Shown here: one piece after another, positions 11,517 to 25,208 of the stretch
Numbering within the stretch: position 1 is the stretch's first letter
Layout of the letters: every line of letters begins with the position of its first letter
DNA from: Macrostomum hystrix
Lineage: Eukaryota; Animalia; Platyhelminthes
Length of the DNA: 64,000 nucleotides
Reading direction: 5' to 3'
NCBI GenBank assembly: GCA_950097015.1
Contig: CATNEN010000008.1
Span: forward strand, 2,790,001-2,854,000
Notes under the pieces: model-generated
The model's database searches: none
What the model was told of the DNA's origin: nothing
Seen by the model: the letters and a program-made list of their open reading frames with translations, nothing else
Program-made: the position numbers and the translations under genes

Positions 11517-12628
11517 CGCAGACAGACACAGAGACACAAAGGATAGACACCTAGGACAGACACCTAGGACAAACAGACAGTTAGGACAGACAGACAGCTA
11601 GGACAGACAGACACCTAGGACAGACACCGAGGACAGCCAGACACCTAGGACAGACAGACACCTAGGACAGACAGACAGCTATGAGAGGCAGACAGCTAGG
11701 ACAGACAGACAGCTAGGACAGACACCTAGGACAGACACCGAGGACAGACAGACACCTAGGACAGACAGACAGCTAGGAGAGACAGACAGCTAGGACAGAC
11801 ACCTAGGACAGACAGCTAGGAGAGACAGACACCTAGGACAGACAGACAGCTAGGAGAGACAGACAGCTAGGACAGACACCTAGGACAGACAGCTAGGAGA
11901 GACAGACACCTAGGACAGACAGACAGCTAGGAGAGACAGACAGCTAGGACAGACAGACAGCTAGGACAGACAGACAGCTAGGACAGACAGACAGCTAGGA
12001 CAGACAGACAGCTAGGACAGACAGACAGCTAGGACAGACAGACAACTAGGACAGACAGACACCTAGGACAGACAGACAGCTAGGAGAGACAGACAGCTAG
12101 GACAGACAGACAGCTAGGACAGACAGACAGCTAGGACAGACACCTAGAACAGACACCTAGGACAGACAGACAGCTAGGAGAGACAGACAGCTAGGACAGA
12201 CAGACAGCTAGGACAGACAGACAGCTAGGAAAGACAGACGGCTAGGAGAAACAGACAGCTAGGACAGACAGACAGCTAGGACAGACAGACAGCTAGGACA
12301 GACACCTAGAACAGACACCTAGGACAGACAGACAGCTAGGAGAGACAGACAGCTAGGACAGACAGACAGCTAGGACAGACAGACAGCTAGGAAAGACAGA
12401 CGGCTAGGAGAAACAGACAGCTAGGACAGACAGACAGCTAGGACAGACAGACAGCTAGGAGAGACAGACACCTAGGACAGACACCTAGGACAGACAGACA
12501 CCTAGGACAGACACCTAGGACAGACACCTAGGACAGACAGCTAGGAGAGACAGACAGACAGCTAGGACAGACAGACACCTAGGACAGATAGACACACAGG
12601 ACAGACAGTCGCCAAGGACAGACAGACA
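11517..12628. repeat. (GACA)n-derived ~15-19-bp minisatellite (GACAGACAGACAGCTAGGA)
   Basis: Direct periodicity with variable GACA number. Confidence 0.93.
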
Positions 12629-13200
12629 GTCTGGAGCAGCAGTGAATCCGACTTCTGAAACACTCCCTGATCCCCAGAAGCCACCGAGCATTCAGAGGCA
12701 CAAGTGGCAGTTCTCTTGCGAATTCGCTAACTAGAGATTTTATGAAATTTCTAAAATTTCTTTCTTCGACTCTTCTATATCCCAAGCGGTTCATCTGTCA
12801 GACATAAATTTCGGGGTATTTCGAGTGGTCTCACAGCTGCCTGGCTCTCAAGCAGCCTTCTCCGCCCCATTGACAATCTCGCACCTACCCTGATCCCTAT
12901 TGATTCCATTGCCAGCTACTTAGCATAATAACTCGGCAAAGTGGTCTTGCAAAATTGATTCGGAGTGGCCAAGTTTTGTTAATAAAATGAGACTGAGAAT
13001 TAAATGGCGATAATTAAATTTTCACCCTGCAGAAGTGAAGAGCGAACACTCGGAACCGATTCGCTACTCACCCACTCTCGTCTTGACACCCATTCTTCCC
13101 GCCTTGCCAGTCACTGGCCGCCCGAGATTTCCGAGTTTTCAATCTGTTGTCACTCCAATTCTGGAGATTCAGGCGATGGGGCTAGGATAAAATAATATTA

Positions 13201-16200
13201 GGGATAACTGTGATACGATATGGGATCTGGAAGTGGGATGATTCTACAAAATATGGGATTTAGGAAGCAGAGATAACTGTGATACGATATGGGATCTGGA
13301 AGTGGGATAACTGTGATATGATATGGAATCTAGGAAGTAGGGATAACTGTGAGACAATATGGGATCTGAGAAGTAGGGATAACTGTGAGACAATATGGGA
13401 TCTGAGAAGTAGGGATAACTGTGAGACAATATGGGATCTGAGAAGTAGGGATAACTGTGAGACAATATGGGATCTGAGAAGTAGGGATAACTGTGAGACA
13501 ATATGGGGTCTGAGGAGTAGGGATAACTGTGAGACAATATGGGATCTGAGAAGTAGGGATAACTGTGAGACAATATGGGATCTGGAAGTGGGATAACTGT
13601 GATATGATATGGAATCTAGGAAGTAGGGATAACTGTGAGACAATATGGGATCTGAGAAGTAGGGATAACTGTGAGACAATATGGGGTCTGAGGAGTAGGG
13701 ATAACTGTGAGACAATATGGGATCTGAGAAGTAGGGATAACTGTGAGACAATATGGGATCTGAGAAGTAGGGATAACTGTGAGACAATATGGGATCTGAG
13801 AAGTAGGGATAACTGTGAGACAATATGGGGTCTGAGGAGTAGGGATAACTGTGAGACAATATGGGATCTGAGAAGTAGGGATAACTGTGAGACAATATGG
13901 GATCTGAGAAGTAGGGATAACTGTGAGACAATATGGGATCTGAGAAGTAGGGATAACTGTGAGACAATATGGGATCTGAGAAGTAGGGATAACTGTGAGA
14001 CAATATGGGGTCTGAGGAGTAGGGATAACTGTGAGACAATATGGGATCTGAGAAGTAGGGATAACTGTGAGACAATATGGGATCTGAGAAGTAGGGATAA
14101 CTGTGAGACAATATGGGATCTGAGAAGTAGGGATAACTGTGAGACAATATGGGGTCTGAGGAGTAGGGATAACTGTGAGACAATATGGGATCTGAGAAGT
14201 AGGGATAACTGTGAGACAATATGGGATCTGAGAAGTAGGGATAACTGTGAGACAATATGGGATCTGAGAAGTAGGGATAACTGTGAGACAATATGGGGTC
14301 TGAGGAGTAGGGATAACTGTGAGACAATATGGGATCTGAGAAGTAGGGATAACTGTGAGACAATATGGGATCTGGAAGTGGGATAACTGTGATATGATAT
14401 GGAATCTAGGAAGTAGGGATAACTGTGAGACAATATGGGATCTGAGAAGTAGGGATAACTGTGAGACAATATGGGGTCTGAGGAGTAGGGATAACTGTGA
14501 GACAATATGGGATCTGAGAAGTAGGGATAACTGTGAGACAATATGGGATCTGGAAGTGGGATAACTGTGATATGATATGGAATCTAGGAAGTAGGGATAA
14601 CTGTGAGACAATATGGGATCTGAGAAGTAGGGATAACTGTGAGACAATATGGGATCTGAGAAGTAGGGATAACTGTGAGACAATATGGGATCTGAGAAGT
14701 AGGGATAACTGTGAGACAATATGGGATCTGAGAAGTAGGGATAACTGTGAGACAATATGGGATCTGAGAAGTAGGGATAACTGTGAGACAATATGGGGTC
14801 TGAGGAGTAGGGATAACTGTGAGACAATATGGGATCTGAGAAGTAGGGATAACTGTGAGACAATATGGGATCTGGAAGTGGGATAACTGTGATATGATAT
14901 GGAATCTAGGAAGTAGGGATAACTGTGAGACAATATGGGATCTGAGAAGTAGGGATAACTGTGAGACAATATGGGGTCTGAGGAGTAGGGATAACTGTGA
15001 GACAATATGGGATCTGAGAAGTAGGGATAACTGTGAGACAATATGGGATCTGGAAGTGGGATAACTGTGATATGATATGGAATCTAGGAAGTAGGGATAA
15101 CTGTGAGACAATATGGGATCTGAGAAGTAGGGATAACTGTGAGACAATATGGGATCTGAGAAGTAGGGATAACTGTGAGACAATATGGGGTCTGAGGAGT
15201 AGGGATAACTGTGAGACAATATGGGATCTGAGAAGTAGGGATAACTGTGAGACAATATGGGATCTGAGAAGTAGGGATAACTGTGAGACAATATGGGATC
15301 TGAGAAGTAGGGATAAACGTGAGACAATATGGGATCTGAGAAGTAGGGATAACTGTGAGACAATATGGGATCTGAGAAGTAGGGATAACTGTGAGACAAT
15401 ATGGGATCTGAGAAGTAGGGATAACTGTGAGACAATATGGGGTCTGAGGAGTAGGGATAACTGTGAGACAATATGGGATCTGAGAAGTAGGGATAACTGT
15501 GAGACAATATGGGATCTGAGAAGTAGGGATAACTGTGATATGATATGGAATCTAGGAAGTAGGGATAACTGTGAGACAATATGGGATCTGAGAAGTAGGG
15601 ATAACTGTGAGACAATATGGGATCTGGAAGTGGGATAACTGTGATATGATATGGAATCTAGGAAGTAGGGATAACTGTGAGACAATATGGGATCTGAGAA
15701 GTAGGGATAACTGTGAGACAATATGGGGTCTGAGGAGTAGGGATAACTGTGAGACAATATGGGATCTGAGAAGTAGGGATAACTGTGAGACAATATGGGA
15801 TCTGGAAGTGGGATAACTGTGATATGATATGGAATCTAGGAAGTAGGGATAACTGTGAGACAATATGGGATCTGAGAAGTAGGGATAACTGTGAGACAAT
15901 ATGGGATCTGAGAAGTAGGGATAACTGTGAGACAATATGGGGTCTGAGGAGTAGGGATAACTGTGAGACAATATGGGATCTGAGAAGTAGGGATAACTGT
16001 GAGACAATATGGGGTCTGAGGAGTAGGGATAACTGTGAGACAATATGGGATCTGAGAAGTAGGGATAACTGTGAGACAATATGGGATCTGGGAAGTTGGG
16101 ATAACAGTGATATGATATGGAATCTAGGAAGTAGGGATAACTGTGAGACAATATGGGATCTGAGAAGTAGGGATAACTGTGAGACAATATGGGGTCTGAG

Positions 16201-16688
16201 GAGTAGGGATAACTGTGAGACAATATGGGATCTGAGAAGTAGGGATAACTGTGAGACAATATGGGATCTGGAAGTGGGATAACTGTGATATGATATGGAA
16301 TCTAGGAAGTATAGGGATAACTGTGAGACAATATGGGATCTGAGAAGTAGGGATAACTGTGAGACAATATGGGATCTGAGAAGTAGGGATAACTGTGAGA
16401 CAATATGGGGTCTGAGGAGTAGGGATAACTGTGAGACAATATGGGATCTGAGAAGTAGGGATAACTGTGAGACAATATGGGGTCTGAGGAGTAGGGATAA
16501 CTGTGAGACAATATGGGATCTGAGAAGTAGGGATAAACGTGAGACAATATGGGATCTGAGAAGTAGGGATAACTGTGAGACAATATGGGGTCTGAGGAGT
16601 AGGGATAACTGTGAGACAATATGGGATCTGAGAAGTAGGGATAACTGTGAGACAATATGGGATCTGAGTAGTGGGGATAACTGTGAGA
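13201..16688. repeat. 36-bp minisatellite (GGGATAACTGTGAGACAATATGGGATCTGAGAAGTA), ~97 copies, with higher-order structure
   Basis: 36-nt period with 34-nt variants. All ORFs here are repeat translations. Confidence 0.97.
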
Positions 16689-17098
16689 TTAGAGAGCGAG
16701 GATCAGGGACTCAGTCTCTCATGGCAGCTCTCCTAAAATTTCTCAAGTACGAGCTAGTGTGGGCTCGAACCTGGGCTTTCCGTCACCCTTGAATATTCGC
16801 GGTGTCCTTGTGAATCCGTGTTCTCTAAATAAATTTGATGATCAGATCGCTGGAAGAATTTCAGCCTGTCAACTCGACAAGAATGCCAATCGTCAGTGCC
16901 CCAGGGTCCCATTATTGAGCCTGATTAGTATGCTAATAGTATTTAGCTGCTGAGAGTTCGAAAAGATGGGAGACAAATTGCCAGCATTCTGCGGCCTTTA
17001 GCGTTAAAACATGAAATGACAAGATGATCATTTATAAATTGTCAAACTGAAGATTCACCTACCAGATTTGACAGTTGCAAGTGACTGTTACAGTTCTG

Positions 17099-18180
17099 AC
17101 ACTCGAGTGACAGCTGAGACACTGGAGTGACATGTGTGACACTGGGGTGACAGTTGAGACAATAGATTCACAGCTGAGACACTGGAGTGACAGAGGAGAC
17201 ACTGGAGTGACTGAGGAGAAACTGGAGTGACAGAGGAGACACTGGAGTGACAGAGGAGACACTGGAGGGACAGAGGAGACACAGGAGTGACAGCTGAGAC
17301 ACTGCAGTGACTGAGGAGAAACTGGAGTGACAGAGGAGACACTGCAGTGACTGAGGAGAAACTGGAGTGACAGAGGAGACACTGGAGTGACAGAGGAGAC
17401 ACTGGAGTGACAGAGGAGACACTGGAGTGACAGAGGAGATACTGTAGTGACAGCAGAGACACTGTAGTGACAGCTGAGAAAATGGAGTGACAGCTAAGAC
17501 ACTGGAGTGACATGTGAGACACTGGAGTGACAGCTGAGACACTGTAGTGACAGGTGAGACACAGGAGTAACAGCTGAGACACTGGAGTGACATGTGAGAC
17601 ACTGGAGTGACAGCTGAGACACTGTAGTGACAGGTGAGACACAGGAGTAACAGCTGAGACACTGGAGTGACATGTGAGACACTGGAGTGACAGCTGAGAC
17701 ACTGTAGTGTCAGGTGAGACACAGGAGTAACAGCTGAGACACTGTAGTGACTGCTGAGACACTGTAGTGACAGGTGAGACACAGGAGTAACAGCTGAGAC
17801 ACAGGAGTAACAGCTGAGACACAGGAGTAACAGCTGAGACACAGGAGTAACAGGTGAGACACAGGAGTGACAGCTGAGACACAGGAGTAACAGCTGAGAC
17901 ACAGGAGTAACAGCTGAGACACAGGAGTGACAGCTGAGACACAGGAGTGACAGCTGAGACACTGTAGTGACAGAGGAGACACTGTAGTGACAGAGGAGAC
18001 ACTGTAGTGACAGAGGAGACACTGTAGTGACAGCTGAGACACTGGAGTGACAGAGGAGACACTGTAGTGACAGAGGAGACACTGTAGTGACAGAGGAGAC
18101 ACTGTAGTGACAGCACAGACACTGTAGTGACAGCTGAGACACTGTAGTGACAGCACAGACACTGGAGTGACAACTGAGAC
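17099..18180. repeat. 20-bp minisatellite (ACTGGAGTGACAGAGGAGAC and variants), ~54 copies
   Basis: 20-nt periodicity. Confidence 0.96.
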
Positions 18181-19059
18181 AAATTAGGATATGAAGCAAC
18201 CACCGCAGCTTTCCGCAATCAGAAGTGAGCTTTCAAAGTCTAGGAAACTGTAAGAAGAATTCATTTAGAAAATTTTCATATCCCATTGTATGGCGCCTCA
18301 AAATTAGTCTCCTAGCTTCGTGAGCTCAAATTTTTGCCTGAAAGCAAACTAAGACAAAAAATCCAGAGTTTTCGCTCGATATGAAAAAATATGGTAAAAA
18401 CATTCTGGCAGAATACTTTCTTTCATCGCTCGTAGAAGATTCTCTGATTGCACTTTTATTACTGTTGCTATGTTCTCGCTCTGTGCGAGGGTCCTGTGGG
18501 ATGTGTGCAGTTGCTAATTAACATTGCTTAGAGAAGCTATTCGGAGTCCTGACCCGAGCATTGCAAAACCTCCCCCTATTATTATTGCTCTGTGTTCCGT
18601 CTACAATTTTTATGAGACAACAGTTGAAATTTCGCCAATCAGGACGCTTTTTCCAAAGTTTTTCCATCTTTATTTCTTAAAAGCCATTGTTATTCTAGGA
18701 ATAAATCGTTGAATTCTGCAATCGCTCACACTTTATCAATAAATCATTTTTTCCGCGTCACAAACGCCGCCAATAATATCTTCGATAATAAATACTTGGC
18801 CAAAGTTGACTGACAGGTTGCGAACTGTTAATCCTAAAAATTGCAGGCATGCGGATTAAGGGCAAGAGAGGGATGGCTTAACTATCACAACAGTTGGTTT
18901 GTTGGTTCTGACCAATTCATATGGTGGGATCTTCATCGCGTTATTAATCCCAGGATTATCTATTCACATACTAGGTTGTCGCTCACCTCCTATTGACTTT
19001 CAGTAGTTCAAATTTCGAGATTTTTATTCGCTGGACTGCATCCAGCGATTATAAAATCC

Positions 19060-19360
19060 TCAAATCCCATTACCCTCAAATCCCATAACCCTCAAATCCC
19101 ACAACCCTCAAATCCCATAACCCTCAAATCCCATAACCCTCAAATCCGATTACCCCCAAATTCCAGAATCCTCAAATCCCATAACCCTCAAATCCCATTA
19201 CCACTAAATCCTATAATCCTCAAATCTTATAATCCTCAAACCCCATAACCCTCAAATCCCATTACCCCCAAATCCTATAATCCTCAAATCTTATAATCCT
19301 CAAACCCCATAACCCTCGAATCCCATTACCCTCAAATCCCATAACCCTCAAATCCCATAA
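19060..19360. repeat. 16-bp minisatellite (TCCCATAACCCTCAAA)
   Basis: Units start at 19081, 19097, 19113, 19129 and continue. Confidence 0.92.
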
Positions 19361-19468
19361 ACCACGATCAACCGAATCCCCACAAACAATGGACTCCCAA
19401 AATACTTTCAAATCCCACAACCCATCGAACCGTACAGACTAATCTCTCCTCATCCTCCTCTTCCTCAG

Positions 19469-22400
19469 CTCTAATCCCATTTGTTCGGGCCAACTCAGTG
19501 GTGGTGGAAGGACCGAACGACCAGACGCTGCTGGAGCGCGAGTCCGTCATCCTGCCGTGTCGGACCGAAGTTGGCTCCTCGGTTCGCGTCTTCTGGCACC
19601 GGGACGGAGTCATCGTGGCGACCCGGGATGTGCTGCTGACTGACAAACGGTATCAGTACCTGAGCGTGCCAGAGAAGGGTGAGTTTGCGAGGGGAAGGGT
19701 GAGATTCTGAAGAATGAGATTCTGAAGAGTGAGATTCTGAAAGGGTGAGATTCTGAAGGTTGAGATTCTGAAAGGGTGAGATTCTGAAGGTTGAGATTCT
19801 GAAAGGGTGAGATTCTGAAGGGTGAGATTCTGAAGGGTGAGATTCTGAAGGGTGAGATTCTGAAGGGTGAGATTCTGAAAGGGTGAGATTCTGAAGGGTG
19901 AGATTCTGAAGGGTGAGATTCTGAAGGGTGAGATTTTGAAAGGGTGGGATTCTGAAGGGTGAGATTCTGAAGGGTGAGATTCTGAAGGGTGAGATTCTGA
20001 AAGGGTGAGATTCTGAAAGGGTGAGATTCTGAAGGGTGAGATTCTGAAAGGGTGAGATTCTGAAGGGTGAGATTCTGAAGGGTGAGATTCTGAAAGGGTG
20101 AGATTCTGAAGGGTGAGATTGCGATTGGGAGGGTAAATGTGTTGGAAGGCCACAGTTATCAGGCAGGTTTTGTGCAAATCAAACCTGAATTCAAACTTCG
20201 ATTCTCATGTTATCTTTACCTCAAAGCTTCTTCTATCGATAAAGAGAAAAGAAAAACGCAAAAATCTGGAGAACTTCCAATCCGCGATGGCTGCCTCCGG
20301 GCTGAAAATCGCGATTCGCCCCCCTAGGAGCGGTGGAGACCGGACGAAAGCTTGGAATGTTTTCCAGCAGCAGCGGTGAAAGTTTCTGGTCCAAAAAAAC
20401 TTAGCCCAGTCTGGTTGAATGAAAGTCCGAGTTTCATTGAGTGACGCTGACAACTGGCCCTTTCAGGCCGCTGTCCTTCAAACCAGCCACAGGTAGTGCC
20501 AGGATAAAAACGACCCTGGAATATAGAACCAGCCCTAGCCCAGCTTCTCTTAGAAATCGTGGAAACAAAAATTACTGAAAAGTGTTGCATTTAGTGCCAC
20601 AAAATTCACACTGCGTGTGTGTGCGTGTCAGGGGTTTTAACGTGGCAGGCGTTGCGGCTGTTTCAAATTAGCCAACTTTTATTTTTACATTGATCCGTTA
20701 GCGATTGGGTAATTACGGTTGCGGGGAATTCATTTGCGCCAAATCCGATTGGAAATGAAACACAGATGTGAGCTGAAAATCAACTCGGAAAAATCTAACT
20801 ACCAGCTAGCTCAACTGCACAAGTAGTTTGCAGTGGCGCAACCAGATTTTGCCTTAGGGGGGCGGTCTTTGCGTACATTGCCCTTTGCGTGCATTGCCCT
20901 TTGCGTACATTGCCCTTTGCGTACATTGCCCTTTGCGTACATTGCCCTTTGCGTACATTGCCCTTTGCGTACATTGCCCTTTGCGTACATTGCCCTTTGC
21001 GTACATTGCCCTTTGCGTACATTGCCCTTTGCGTACATTGCCCTTTGCGTACATTGCCCCGCGGGGTCGAAGGGGGGCGGCCGCCAGGTAGAGCGCGCTC
21101 TGTTTCGCGGTTTTCGCCCACCATTCCTGGGCCAATTTCAAGGGCCGGTAGGGTAGGGCCCAGACGATTTAAAAGGTTTAAAAAATCAGAACGCACGCAG
21201 GATTATAATGAAAGCTTGAAAATTAATAAATGACCAATGGTCTTGGACTTGCTCTTTGGTCTATGTACGTTGGACTTGGGGGACAGGGAATGAGATAAGC
21301 TAATAAATTAAGAAGCGTCTTGGCTTGCCCTTTGCGTACATTGCCCCCGCGGGCCGAAGGGGGGGGCGGCCGCCACCCCCGCCCCCCCCTGGTTGCGCCA
21401 CTGGTAGTTTGTTACTTTTATCAGAAAAAATCTGACCTTGTAACATAATAATAAAAATTTTAATCGCAGGAGGGCTGCGGGCAATGGCACATCATTTGTG
21501 TGGTGACACTAGACCTGCAGCCAGCGAGGAGGCAATTCTGCCCATTTAGCGGGATCTCTTGAGTACACACGCACACAGATACTGTACAAGGCACATGCTC
21601 ACACAGGTGCGTACATCTGCTCAACTCACCCGCCACCCAAAGACCACTAGCATTATATCTAGATATAATGTTATAATGATTCTATGATTCTAAAGATATA
21701 AAGATATAATGATATAATGAAAGATATAATGATTCTAAATTAAACGATTTTAATTAGCCATCATTATCTATAAAAAATGCGACCCGGACTCGTCACAAAA
21801 TTAACCACTCTCTTACACCGACAAGCCTCACAAAGTTTCTAATTGGATACACAAATTCCTAATCCAGGAAAAAATGGCAGGTGGAAGCGGACCGTCTCCC
21901 AACCGATTGCTTTTTCCGATCGGTAATGAAATCAAGCGGATAATCTTTCCTAAGTGGTTGGCACACAGTTCATATAATTTTGGAGTATCTATTGGCTAAA
22001 ATGTATTTACTCAGTGCGTGATGTCACTGCATGCATGCTTTAGGCTAAAGAGCAATAAATGCCTGCCATTCTCTAAAACAGAAATCATTGAGGCATGAAC
22101 TAGCTTGTAATAATTGATACAAAACTATAGTTAAGACAAATAATAACTTGTTTCGCGTAAGCAAACTTTTAATGTTATGTCAATTATAAACGCCGTTTAA
22201 CTCACATTCTAACCATAGACTATGATGAATTAAACGGCATTTACCATATATGAAATTCGATTGCTTATTCTTCTGGGGCATCCCATCTGATTGATAGACA
22301 AATAGCGGTTTAGACCATTTGATTCCGACCATAGACAAAAAATAAATTTCTCACAAAGATACAGTCACGAAGCAGCCAGTCAGTCAGTGGTGGCAAAACG

Positions 22401-25160
22401 TAAAAGCCGAATTGAAAGTTCACTTCAATGTTCCATATAATGCTCCTAATTTCGAGGAGATTATATGATATAATATCCTGGTTTTTGTCAAATAATCTCA
22501 CCAAAAATTACCATAGACAACACATTCCCGGCTCAGAATAGTACAATTTTTTAACGATTAAATAAGCAATCGTATTTTATTTAAAAATAAAACGGGCATA
22601 TAAACCTAAGTTCATGCTTTGCAGATTTCACGACAAAATAGAATAATTTAAATGTATTATTTTTTTCAATATTATCACGAGTAAATATAGTTTTTAATTG
22701 GGTCGTAAATTCCGAAAAATCGAAACGCAGAAATTGTTAAGAACGTAAAAACAATCAGCAGAAAAAATTGATCCTATAGTTTTTAGAAAAAATAAAAGTA
22801 CTTGTATTGATTTTATTAAAAAAATGCTAACAGAAGTTTTTAATTCAAAAGCATGAGCCGAAATAAAAAAAACTTCATTTTAGATAATTATGGTTAATAT
22901 AAGTGTGGAACATAAGTGATTACATAAGTGATCAGAAAACAATAAAAGTAAAAACACTGAAGCTGAAAATGTTATACTTATAAGCTACAATAGAGCAGAG
23001 AGTTATAAACAGCAAATAAAAAAATTAACCGTTCAAACTAGCAATTAGACAAATATTTTCAACAAATTGAACATTAAAATCTTTTTGACTGAATACCTGC
23101 ACTACCGTAAACACACGCTAGGCCCTTAAAGACAGCATTCAATTGTAAGTATAAATATATTGATCTAAAAATATAGCATTTATATCCTCGCATCAGTTGA
23201 ATCCTGTTCGCTTTGCTTGGGCAAGCGTTTTGGCCTGCTCAAAATATCTTCTTCTTTGTGTAGACTTATTTATTATCCGAAATGTTAGGGAATACAAAAG
23301 CTGGCTCTGGTACGGAGGAAGAAATGATTACCTGGACGATTTCTGTCCAATGCTAATCGATGCGTCGGGAATATGCAGGACAAAAAAATAAATAAATCCC
23401 ATTGTGTACGCAGCTAAGCGCCAAGCAAAATGAATCCCATTGAGCAATGCCCTCCGAACTCAATATCTGGCAAAATGATGTGGTCTATTGATTCAGCGAA
23501 ACTAGCTCCCCAAGACTAAATCCCGAATTCTTTGACTAGCGACTGCACTTTTACGGCTCTTTTCGATTGCCGGTCCGAAATGGGAATTCTTTCGGAGTGG
23601 CGTCTGCCGTCAATTTAGTTATACTGTCTACTTCCAATCTGAAGTACTGTCTACTTCCAATCTGAAGTAGTGTCTACTTCCAATCTGAAGTACTGTCTAC
23701 TTCCAATCTGAAGTACTGTCTACTTCCAATCTGAAGTACTGTCTACTTCCAATCTGAAGTACTGTCTACTTCCAATCTGAAGTACTGTCTACTTCCAATC
23801 TGAAGTACTGTCTACTTCCAATCTGAAGTACTGTCTACTTCCAATCTGAAGTACTGTCTACTTCCAATCTGAAGTACTGTCTACTTCCAATCTGAAGTAC
23901 TGTCTACTTCCAATCTGAAGTACTGTCTACTTCCAATCTGAAGTACTGTCTACTTCCAATCTGAAGTACTGTCTACTCTCCATCTGAAGTACTGTCTACT
24001 CTCTTTCTGAAGTACTGTCTACTCTCTATCTGAAGTACTGTCTACTTCCAATCTGAAGTACTGTCTACTCTCCATCTGAAGTACTGTCTACTTCCAATCT
24101 GAAGTACTGTCTACTCTCTTTCTGAAGTATTGTCTACTCTCCATCTGAAGTATTGTCTACTATCCATCTGAAGTACTGTCTACTTCCAATCTGAAGTATT
24201 GTCTACTCTCCATCTGAAGTATTGTCTACTCTCCATCTGAAGTATTGTCTACTATCCATCTGAAGTACTGTCTACTTCCAATCTGAAGTATTGTCTACTC
24301 TCTTTCTGAAGTATTGTCTACTATCCATCTGAAGTACTGTCTACTCTCCATCTGAAGTACTGTCTACTTCCAATCTGAAGTACTGTCTACTCTCTTTCTG
24401 AAGTACTGTCTACTCTCCATCTGAAGTACTGTCTACTCTCCATCTGAAGTACTGTCGTCTACTTCCAATCTGAAGTACTGTCTACTTCCAATCTGAAGTA
24501 CTGTCTACTCTCTTTCTGAAGTATTGTCTACTCTCCATCTGAAGTACTGTCTACTCTCTTTCTGAAGTACTGTCTACTCTCCATCTGAAGTACTGTCTAC
24601 TTCCAATCTGAAGTACTGTCTACTCTCCATCTGAAGTACTGTCTACTTCCAATCTGAAGTACTGTCTACTCTCTTTCTGAAGTAGTGTCTACTCTCCATC
24701 TGAAGTACTGTCTACTCTCTTTCTGAAGTAGTGTCTACTATCCATCTGAAGTACTGTCTACTCTCCATCTGAAGTACTGTCTACTTCCAATCTGAAGTAC
24801 TGTCTACTCTCTTTCTGAAGTACTGTCTACTCTCCATCTGAAGTACTGTCTACTCTCCATCTGACAGATTGGCAGATTTTTTCTTCCAAAATGACAATCC
24901 GATGGCATTCATAAATCACCAAATTTCATTGAGCCACAAACAACTTGGTGACAATCGAAATTCCAAGGCCGAAGCGATTTGTTTAAACAAAAAAACGAAA
25001 AGAATTCAAGTAGATTTCCTTGTAGGCTTGCACTTTCAGCGAGCTTGGTAGCTACTGCCACCGCGTCGGCGTCTCGCCTTCTCGCCGACTTAATTGACCG
25101 CTGACTTATTGCTGACCAGGACAAGAAACTTAATAGAATACCGACCAAGGTAGCTTTTTC

Positions 25161-25208
<48 letters not shown>

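Noticed and set aside
13244-18218. Many overlapping 100-400 aa ORFs on both strands
   Set aside because: They are translations of the 36-bp and 20-bp arrays and are open in several frames at once.
18850-18980. Hydrophobic frame as the KIRREL signal-peptide exon
   Set aside because: There is an in-frame stop upstream and no in-frame ATG or clear acceptor. The first exon remains unlocated.
19060-19360. TAACCC hexamers suggesting an interstitial telomere
   Set aside because: Only one hexamer per 16-bp unit, not tandem (TTAGGG)n.
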